Assembly (NCBI GenBank): GCA_035400625.1
Contig: DAOMZT010000002.1
Span: 1 to 32,000, forward strand
From: an archaeon
GTDB taxonomy: Archaea > Iainarchaeota > Iainarchaeia > Iainarchaeales > CSSED10-239
Length of the DNA stretch: 32,000 nt
Direction: 5' to 3'
Shown: piece by piece, positions 8,391-15,043 of the stretch
How positions within the stretch are numbered: position 1 is the first letter of the stretch
How the letters are laid out: each line of letters begins with the position of its first letter
Notes under the pieces: model-generated
What the model was told of the DNA's origin: nothing
The model's input: the letters and a program-made list of their open reading frames with translations, nothing else
Database searches by the model: none
Program-made: the position numbers and the translations under genes

Positions 8391-9473
8391 TTAATCAATT
8401 TTTTCAAAATGAAAAGTTTCGTGATTTAGTTTATATCCTGGTTCTGCCTGAAAATGTATTTCTACACCAAAATATCTTTGGAGATAATGTAATTGTTCTT
8501 GCATATTTAAAGCCAATAATTCAGGATATGTTGCGTTTTTATTTTTTGATCTATATCTTTTTATTTTATCTATTATTTTAGCTTCCATTTTTTTAATTAG
8601 ATTGTCATAATGTGTTCCTAATTGTTTTTGGAATTCATTTAAAGAGATGGAACTGTATTTTCCATTTTTTTCTTTAATCATTACACTATCTTTAATTACA
8701 GAAGAAAGCGAATATTTTCTTAACCAATTTTCTTTCATAGATTCTGAAATTTTATAGATTGTTCTTCCAGATATTCTTTTATTTGCTGTATCATAACCCA
8801 CAATCATATTGTAATCAGAATAAAGTGAATTTTTACGATAAGGACTTTTATTTAAATGATCATAAATTAATCTTATATATGTTCCTCTGATATCATTAAA
8901 TGAAGGTAGTACCTGGGTCATATTTATACCGGGGTGTGTATGGATAGCAAGTAATTTACTATCTGTTATTACTTTTTTGCCTTTTTGATATGTATAATGA
9001 GCATTATCTACTTTTTTAAAATCATAAAGTACAGAATCTGGTTTTCTTGTTCCTTCTTTAGAAACATCAAAAATCACTTCATTTTTACCGTCTAGTAAAA
9101 ATGTTCTTTCTAAATGTGGATCTTTAGAAAGGATATGCCTATCTAGTAGACCCCTGCGCTTACCATTTATTAGATATTTACTATTATATATTTGTTCAGA
9201 ATTTATTGGTGGACGAACCGAGCTTTTGATAGCCCTATAAGTATATCTTAAGTTTTTACGAAACATATATTGTTTTGCTACTGATATTTGAGAATTATTA
9301 GAGGTGGTGTGTTTATTTATGCGATATCGAAGTTTAGCATTAGATATCTTTCTTAAATCTGATTTTGATATATTTTGTGATCTAACCAAACCTCTTTTTG
9401 GTGCTCTTCTTAAAGTATATCTTAAATTCTTACGAAATATAAGCGGTTTGGTTACTGGTTTAACTATAGGCAT
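8391..9473 (-). CDS. hypothetical protein, family B paralog 2, with a JAMM/MPN+-like IHTHPG-x8-PSFND motif and a basic N-terminal leader
   Basis: LLAIHTHPGINMTQVLPSFNDI resembles HxH-x7-S-x2-D, but with 10-residue spacing. Internal repeat FRKNLRYTLRRAPKRG / FRKNLRYTYRAIKSSV. The C-terminus is paralogous to ORF 4544..5569. Confidence 0.5.
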   Translation of the reverse strand: MPIVKPVTKPLIFRKNLRYTLRRAPKRGLVRSQNISKSDLRKISNAKLRYRINKHTTSNNSQISVAKQYMFRKNLRYTYRAIKSSVRPPINSEQIYNSKYLINGKRRGLLDRHILSKDPHLERTFLLDGKNEVIFDVSKEGTRKPDSVLYDFKKVDNAHYTYQKGKKVITDSKLLAIHTHPGINMTQVLPSFNDIRGTYIRLIYDHLNKSPYRKNSLYSDYNMIVGYDTANKRISGRTIYKISESMKENWLRKYSLSSVIKDSVMIKEKNGKYSSISLNEFQKQLGTHYDNLIKKMEAKIIDKIKRYRSKNKNATYPELLALNMQEQLHYLQRYFGVEIHFQAEPGYKLNHETFHFEKID

Positions 9474-9631
9474 ATATTTAACACCAATAAAATTGTTAGC
9501 AAATAATTTTATAAATGGTGAACATAAGAAAAAAACTCAAAAATAGAATATATATAAATCTTTTTGTGCTTAAATATATATAGTTCTATTTTTTAGCCGA
9601 CCTTAAAAAATGGAAAAATATGTATAGATGT

Positions 9632-9705
9632 GCTTTGATAGTGTAGCCCGGTAATCACACTGGCCTTTCAAGCCAGTAACGCGGGTCCGAATCCCGCTCA
9701 GAGCA
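9632..9705 (+). tRNA. tRNA-Glu (anticodon UUC)
   Basis: 74 nt: acceptor GCTTTGA/TCAGAGC (one G-U pair), anticodon stem CTGGC/GCCAG with loop CTTTCAA, T arm GCGGG-TCCGAAT-CCCGC. Confidence 0.9.
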
Positions 9706-9765
9706 ATCAATTAATAAATAGTTTTGGAAATAATATAATAAGAAATGAAATAATAAAGTGATAAA

Positions 9766-9897
9766 ATGGGAACACGAAAAAAAGATAGCAGTAGATTTAA
9801 AAAAACCAGATCCAGAGAAAGATGGAAATGGAAAAAAAAGAAAATGAGAAGAAAGCAAAGACAAAGAAAATATTTAAGAAAGAGAGCAGCTACATAA
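9766..9897 (+). CDS. rpl41e: 50S ribosomal protein L41e-like (43 aa; below the ORF-track cutoff)
   Basis: MGTRKKDSSRFKKTRSRERWKWKKKKMRRKQRQRKYLRKRAAT. The core RWKWKKKKMRRKQRQRK aligns residue for residue with the eukaryotic eL41 pattern RAKWRKKRMRRLKRKRRK. Confidence 0.65.
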   Translation: MGTRKKDSSRFKKTRSRERWKWKKKKMRRKQRQRKYLRKRAAT

Positions 9898-9944
9898 ATG
9901 TAGCAATTTCTTTTCTTTATTTTTCTCTATTTCTAAAACATAAA

Positions 9945-9958
9945 CATCTATTTATAAA
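9945..9958 (+). promoter_or_regulatory. Candidate distal rRNA promoter (TATA-box element CATCTATTTATAAA)
   Basis: The same 14-mer recurs at 10046..10059. Both lie upstream of the 16S gene in the leader region. Confidence 0.4.
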
Positions 9959-10045
9959 CTAATTGTTCTTTCTTTAATTTATAATTTACAAAATTATGGT
10001 CTCTAATCATAAGAGTTAGAGAGAACCAAACGCCTAATCTTTGGG

Positions 10046-10059
10046 CATCTATTTATAAA
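10046..10059 (+). promoter_or_regulatory. Candidate proximal rRNA promoter (second copy of CATCTATTTATAAA)
   Basis: Exact repeat of 9945..9958, ~175 nt upstream of the mature 16S 5' end. Confidence 0.4.
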
Positions 10060-10128
10060 TATTTCTCTACCTATATTTCTATAACTACAAAGAATAAATT
10101 TCGACTTTGTTTTTTTGTAGGAATTCTT

Positions 10129-10137
10129 TTTGTGAGG
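10129..10137 (+). other. 5' strand of the putative pre-16S processing stem (pairs with 11781..11789)
   Basis: TTTGTGAGG at 10129..10137 is the exact reverse complement of CCTCACAAA at 11781..11789. The two strands flank the 16S, as expected for the archaeal processing helix. Adjacent bases extend the pairing imperfectly. Confidence 0.45.
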
Positions 10138-10234
10138 GTTCAAGCTGTTTTGAGTCTGATGTTAGGAGAAACATACAAGTGCGCAAAGGCAAAACTTTGT
10201 GTATGATTTTGTGTGCATTAACGATATAAAACCA

Positions 10235-11729
10235 ATTCCAGCTGATCCTGCTGGTGGATATCGCTATTGGAGTTTGACTAAGACATGCAAGTTTGAAAGT
10301 CTTAACTATGAGAGACTTTGGCAAACGGCTCAGTAACGCGTGGTCAACCTACCTTTTTGACAAGTTAATCTTGGGAAACTGAGGATAATGCTTGATAGGA
10401 AAACAAATCTGGAATGATTGTTTTTCCAAAGGTCTTACGATCATGTTTGTAAGATGCAAAAAGATGGGACTGCGTCAGATTAGGTCGTTGGCAGGGTAAT
10501 TGCCTACCAAGCCGAAGATCTGTACGGGCCTTGAGAGAGGGTGCCCGGAGAAGGAAACTGAGATAAGGTTCCTAGCCCTACGGGGTGCAGCAGTCGCGAA
10601 AATTTTACAATGCGGGAAACCGTGATAGAGAGACTCCAAGTGCCAGCAAAAACTGGCTTTTATATAGCTTAGATAGCTATGTGAATAAGGGGGGGGTAAT
10701 ATGCGTGCCAGCCGCCGCGGTAATACGCAATCCTCGAGTGGTATCCAGCATTATTTGGCTTAAAGCGTGTGTAGCTGGTTTATTAAGTCTTTTGTGAAAG
10801 CAGTGAGCCTAACTCATTGAATGGCAAAAGATACTGGTAGGCTAGAAATAGGGAGACGTTTAGGGTATTCCTAGAGTAGGAGTAGAATCTTAAGATACTA
10901 GGAAGACCACCTGTGGCGAAGGCGCTAAACGAGAACTAATTTGACAGTGAGACACGAAAGCTGGGGGCGCAACCCGGATTAGATACCCGGTTAGTCCCAG
11001 CTGTAAACGATGTGAATTAGGTGTTGGGTTAACTACGAGTTAATTCAGGGCCGAAGGGAAACCATTAAATTCACCGCCTGGGGAGTACAGTCGCAAGGCA
11101 GAAACTTAATGGAATTGGCGGGGGTGCACTACAAGGGGTGGATGCTGCGGTTTAATTGGATGAAACGCCAGATATCTTACCAGAACAGACAGCAAGATGA
11201 TGGTCAGTCTGAAGGGCTTACCTGATGCGCTGAGAGGTGCTGTATGGCCGTCGCCAGCTCGTACTGTGAAGCTTCCTGTTAACTCAGGTAACGGGCGAGA
11301 CCCATGCTATTAGTTGCTACTTTTTTTAGTAATAAGGAAAGGCACTCTAATAGGACTGCGTTGGTAACAATGAGGAAGGAATGGGCGAAGGCAGGTCTGT
11401 ATAGCCCGATTGCTCTGGGCAACACGCGGCATACAATGACTAGGACAATGAGTCTCTAACCCGAAAGGGAGTGGCAATCTCAGAAACCTAGCCGAAGTTC
11501 GGATTGAGGGTTGCAACTCACCCTCATGAAGTTGGAATCCCCAGTAATCGCGTGTCACTATCGCGCGGTGAATATGTCCCTGCGCCTTGCACACACCGCC
11601 CATCAAGCCAGTTGAGTAGAGTGTGGATGAACTCTAGCCTATTAAAGGTTAAAGTGATTCTATATTTTGCGAGACGGACTAAGTTGTAACAAGGTGTCCG
11701 TAGGGGAACCTGCGGACGGATCACCTCCT
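10235..11729 (+). rRNA. rrs: 16S (SSU) ribosomal RNA, archaeal type, ~1495 nt
   Basis: 5' ATTCCAGCTGATCCTGCTGG. Also GTGCCAGCCGCCGCGGTAATAC, GGATTAGATACCCGG, GCACACACCGCCCATCA, AAGTTGTAACAAGG. 3' end GGGGAACCTGCGGACGGATCACCTCCT. Confidence 0.95.
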
Positions 11730-11861
11730 ATTTTTAAATAAAGTGATTTATTTGAAAATATATAAAAATTTCTTCTAACACCTCACAAAGAAATATTTAT
11801 TTCTTTTTTTAATTAAACGTAAATTATTTTCTTTCTATCAGACTATATTTTTAAATTACCA

Positions 11862-11892
11862 TTTATATTTATTTCTTTAGTAAATTATATTA
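11862..11892 (+). promoter_or_regulatory. Repeated TATA-containing promoter module upstream of tRNA-Ala(CGC)
   Basis: TTTATATTTATTTCTTTAGTAAATTATATTA. Near-identical copies are at 12010..12040 and 12142..12170. The TATA element is ~34 nt upstream of the tRNA 5' end. Confidence 0.5.
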
Positions 11893-11895
11893 GTC

Positions 11896-11967
11896 GGGCT
11901 TCTAGTTCAATGGTAGAATATCTCCTTCGCATGGAGAAGGTTGCGAGTTCGAGTCTCGCGAAGTCCA
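11896..11967 (+). tRNA. tRNA-Ala (anticodon CGC)
   Basis: 72 nt: acceptor GGGCTTC/GAAGTCC with the G3:U70 Ala identity pair, anticodon stem TCTCC/GGAGA with loop TTCGCAT, T arm GCGAG-TTCGAGT-CTCGC. Confidence 0.9.
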
Positions 11968-12009
11968 TATTAACTTAAACTTTGATTTTAATTTCAACAA
12001 TTAGATTTG

Positions 12010-12040
12010 TTTATATTTATTTCTTTAGTTAATTATATTA
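12010..12040 (+). promoter_or_regulatory. Repeated promoter module, copy 2, upstream of tRNA-Ala(AGC)
   Basis: TTTATATTTATTTCTTTAGTTAATTATATTA. Together with the upstream TAGATTTG, it is shared with copy 3. Confidence 0.5.
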
Positions 12041-12042
12041 GA

Positions 12043-12114
12043 GGGCTTCTGGCTCAACGGTAGAGCACTTCCTTAGCAAGGAAGGGGTTGCGAGTTCGAA
12101 TCTCGCGAAGTCCA
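12043..12114 (+). tRNA. tRNA-Ala (anticodon AGC as encoded)
   Basis: 72 nt: acceptor GGGCTTC/GAAGTCC (G3:U70), anticodon stem CTTCC/GGAAG with loop TTAGCAA, giving A34-G35-C36. T arm GCGAG-TTCGAAT-CTCGC. Confidence 0.85.
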
Positions 12115-12141
12115 TTAACTTATATTTAAGAAATAGATTTG

Positions 12142-12170
12142 TTTATATTTATTTCTTTAGTTAATTATTA
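12142..12170 (+). promoter_or_regulatory. Repeated promoter module, copy 3, upstream of tRNA-Ala(UGC)
   Basis: TTTATATTTATTTCTTTAGTTAATTATTA, followed by a 35-nt leader containing the hairpin AGCAAAA..TTTTGCT before the tRNA. Confidence 0.45.
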
Positions 12171-12205
12171 TGGTAATCAAGCAAAAAAACATCTTATTTT
12201 GCTGA

Positions 12206-12277
12206 GGGCTCCTGGCTCAATGGTAGAGTACTTCCCTTGCACGGAAGGGGTTGCGAGTTCGAATCTCGCGGAGTCCA
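12206..12277 (+). tRNA. tRNA-Ala (anticodon UGC)
   Basis: 72 nt: acceptor GGGCTCC/GGAGTCC (G3:U70), anticodon stem CTTCC/GGAAG with loop CTTGCAC, T arm GCGAG-TTCGAAT-CTCGC. Confidence 0.9.
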
Positions 12278-12351
12278 TAATATTTCTAATTTCTATATTT
12301 AGATAGCTTTTTAAATTATTTAATTCTATATATATAAAAAAATGTGATAAA

Positions 12352-13098
12352 ATGATAGACTTTAAAAAATCAATATTTTATGGATATAATGGAATTAAGT
12401 GGTATTATTTGTTATTTATTTTTGTACTTATAATTATATACTCTATATCAAATGCTTTACAAAGTTCAACAATCTCTTTTGTTTCTTTGTTTTTATTATT
12501 AATAATTGTAGGTGGAGTGATTGGAATAAAGATCTATGGGAAATTAAAAAATATTAAAACATCTTACAAATTAATATTGAAAAACTCTGGTATTTATTTA
12601 TTAATGTCATTTATATATTTGCTTATAGAAATTGCAGTAATTGTTTTAGGGGCATTATTAATTTCTGTTTTTATAACCGCAAATATTGGAGAGCTTACTG
12701 ATTTGAGTCTTGAAACAATAATCTATAGTTCATCTAGTGTCACATTAGCAACCATATTACTTTTGTTTTTATTATTTGGTTTTATAGTAATGATATTGGA
12801 ATTTATGAAAGTTATTGGCATGGTCAGAAGCTTTAAAACAAATAAATTTTCAGAAAATTTTATGATATCTAAAAACTTTAAAGCAATATTTACTAAAGAT
12901 TATTTTACAATATTAATGTTCTGTTTAGGATATGGGGTATTGGGTGTTGCAATTGTTGGATACTTATGGATAATTGCTTCTTTATTTAACGAAACAGCAT
13001 CCTCAATCTTTGCAAATTTGTTGGTTTCGATTTTAATATACACAATAACCTGTTCTTATTATTCGTTGATTGCAGATTACCAACAGGATAAAAAGTAA
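12352..13098 (+). CDS. hypothetical polytopic membrane protein
   Basis: 248-aa ORF with about six hydrophobic helices. No recognisable catalytic motif. Confidence 0.5.
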   Translation: MIDFKKSIFYGYNGIKWYYLLFIFVLIIIYSISNALQSSTISFVSLFLLLIIVGGVIGIKIYGKLKNIKTSYKLILKNSGIYLLMSFIYLLIEIAVIVLGALLISVFITANIGELTDLSLETIIYSSSSVTLATILLLFLLFGFIVMILEFMKVIGMVRSFKTNKFSENFMISKNFKAIFTKDYFTILMFCLGYGVLGVAIVGYLWIIASLFNETASSIFANLLVSILIYTITCSYYSLIADYQQDKK

Positions 13099-13153
13099 AG
13101 CTTAACTTTTTATTCCTCTAATTGGCACTAAAAGAAGTTTATAGTCTAAACTA

Positions 13154-13774
13154 TCAAATATTTAGTTTTTGTATAGATCTTTTTAGATTATTTCTGGCTT
13201 TTTGTTCATATTTTTTTCTGAATATTTTAGTGTTGTAAATATTTGGTTTATTTAAAAAATAGCAAAGTACTTTTAGTCGACCTTCTTTATATTTTTTTAA
13301 AGGCACCCAAGAATATTCTTTTATAATATTTTTTTCATATTTTTCAAATATTTTCCTAGATTGACCAAAAATACATATATCAATATCTTGTAATAATCTT
13401 TCATCTTTTTTTCTAGAAAAGCAATTATGTTTTGTAGAAAGAACTAGTGCTTCAACTTTATTTATTATCTTTATAGATAAATTTGCGTTCTTTAAAACAT
13501 TAGTCACAAATTCTGCAGATTTTTCTTCGTTATTATCCATTTTTGGATCATAGATAATATCGTGATACCAAATAGCAAGCTCTATTGAATCAAAATCATA
13601 TTTAGTATTTTTTTGTTTTTTTATAAAATTTAGTTCATTTAAACACATTCTTATATGTGATAAATTATGATAATGTCTTTTCTTAGAATAAAGTGTATCT
13701 AGCTTATTATATTCTGTAAAAGGATTGCTTTTTGCACCTATTTTTTTCCATAACTTTATAAATTTAGATTTCAT
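13154..13774 (-). CDS. HD-superfamily metal-dependent phosphohydrolase-like protein
   Basis: YHNLSHI ... AIWYHDIIYDP pattern (H...HD), as in small predicted HD hydrolases. Its start overlaps the stop of the CoaD-CoaE gene by 4 nt (ATGA). Confidence 0.55.
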   Translation of the reverse strand: MKSKFIKLWKKIGAKSNPFTEYNKLDTLYSKKRHYHNLSHIRMCLNELNFIKKQKNTKYDFDSIELAIWYHDIIYDPKMDNNEEKSAEFVTNVLKNANLSIKIINKVEALVLSTKHNCFSRKKDERLLQDIDICIFGQSRKIFEKYEKNIIKEYSWVPLKKYKEGRLKVLCYFLNKPNIYNTKIFRKKYEQKARNNLKRSIQKLNI

Positions 13775-14910
13775 TTTATTTTTAATTCTTTTATAATATC
13801 GTCAACTATTTTATTTAGGTTATCTTTATTTTCATTATAATCAACAGAATTATCATAAATCCAAAGTTTTCCGTGATTATATTTTTTAATTGCCTCTTCT
13901 AGGCTTTTTTTCTTCTGTGTATAATTTAATTGACTATTTAATCTTCTATTTATTTGTTCAATAGTTAATTCTCTAGAAAGCAATCTTTGTTTTTGTGTTT
14001 CTTTATCTACTTTGATAATTAATGTATTATTATTACTAAGGAAAGTAAGATTAGATTCTGCAATTAATGCTGCATTAATTATTATTAGCCCTTTCTTTCC
14101 ATATATTTCTTTTCTTAGTCTTACAAGTATTGGAGTATACATTATTTCATTTAATTGTTTTAATTTTTCATTATTATTAAATACTATCTCTCCAAGAATT
14201 TTTCTGTCTATTGTGCCATCTTGTTTCTTTATTTTCATCCCAAAAGTTTTAATTAGTTGATTTCTAATTTTTTCATATTTTTCATCTTTTAATTCTGAAA
14301 GAATCTTATGACTTATATGATCTAATTCTATGTTATGTGCTTCTACCCCTTTTTCCTTACATAGTTTTAGGATTTGTTCACATATAAATGATTTTCCACT
14401 TCCTATTTCTCCAGTTACTCCTAAAATATATTGATTAGATATTTTTCTTTCAATCTCTTGCTTAACCTCTAAGGTCACATAATCATGTACAAATCCTTGT
14501 TCTTTTTGAATGCTTTTTACCGCACTTGAACTTACATGAGCTAGTTCAGGCCTGGCAAAAAGAATAAATGTATCAATACCTAATTTTTGACTATCTCCTA
14601 CTTGATGTAAAATATTCTCATAATCAAAATCTGCAGAATTTCTTATTCCTTTAACTATAACATCTATATCATTTTCATAGGCAAAATCCACCAAAAGTCC
14701 TGAAAAAGACACAACCTTTACATTATCTAGCCTTGCTAATGCTTTTTTGGCAAGAGAAAACCTTTCTTCAAGAGTAAATAAATAGTTTTTGCTAGGATTG
14801 ATCCCAATTCCTACAACTACTTTATCAAAAACTTTAGCTGTTCTTTTTATTATATCTATATGTCCAAAAGTAATTGGATCTCCAGAGAATGCATATATTG
14901 CTGTAGTCAT
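13771..14910 (-). CDS. coaD/coaE: Bifunctional phosphopantetheine adenylyltransferase (bacterial CoaD type) / dephospho-CoA kinase (CoaE type)
   Basis: The N-domain AIYAFSGDPITFGHIDII...INPSKNYLFTLEER...VKGIRNSADFDYE...ISSSAVK is collinear with bacterial CoaD. The C-domain has the P-loop ILGVTGEIGSGKS, as in CoaE. Confidence 0.85.
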   Translation of the reverse strand: MTTAIYAFSGDPITFGHIDIIKRTAKVFDKVVVGIGINPSKNYLFTLEERFSLAKKALARLDNVKVVSFSGLLVDFAYENDIDVIVKGIRNSADFDYENILHQVGDSQKLGIDTFILFARPELAHVSSSAVKSIQKEQGFVHDYVTLEVKQEIERKISNQYILGVTGEIGSGKSFICEQILKLCKEKGVEAHNIELDHISHKILSELKDEKYEKIRNQLIKTFGMKIKKQDGTIDRKILGEIVFNNNEKLKQLNEIMYTPILVRLRKEIYGKKGLIIINAALIAESNLTFLSNNNTLIIKVDKETQKQRLLSRELTIEQINRRLNSQLNYTQKKKSLEEAIKKYNHGKLWIYDNSVDYNENKDNLNKIVDDIIKELKIK

Positions 14911-15043
14911 AAATATTTATTTAATTATACAATTTATATTTCTTTTGATTTTCTATTATTTTTATGCTTTTAAGAAACATCGCTTAATTTAAAAATTAGA
15001 TAAAAAGTAAAGCTTTTTATTATCATTTTCTCCTTATTTATAT

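Noticed and set aside
9655-9864. 69-aa minus-strand ORF
   Set aside because: It overlaps tRNA-Glu and runs antisense to the much better supported eL41-like ORF. Its sequence is a low-complexity Phe/Ser mirror of the Lys/Arg codons.
9997-10028. Imperfect hairpin TGGTCTCTAA..TTAGAGAGAACCA between the two candidate rRNA promoters, considered as a small ncRNA
   Set aside because: It is a short, bulged stem in the rRNA leader with no conserved motifs. It is more simply explained as a terminator for the eL41 gene or a leader structure.
10085-11724. Five ORFs in the track (10085..10324-, 10585..10797+, 11310..11606-, 11504..11689+, 11524..11724-)
   Set aside because: They lie inside the 16S rRNA gene or its leader. 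Their open frames are a by-product of the GC-richer rRNA sequence, not coding regions.
11862-12277. Regularly spaced ~30-nt repeats that at first glance resemble a short CRISPR array
   Set aside because: The 'spacers' are three complete tRNA-Ala cloverleaves. The repeat contains a TATA box at promoter distance. There are only three copies, with unequal spacing.
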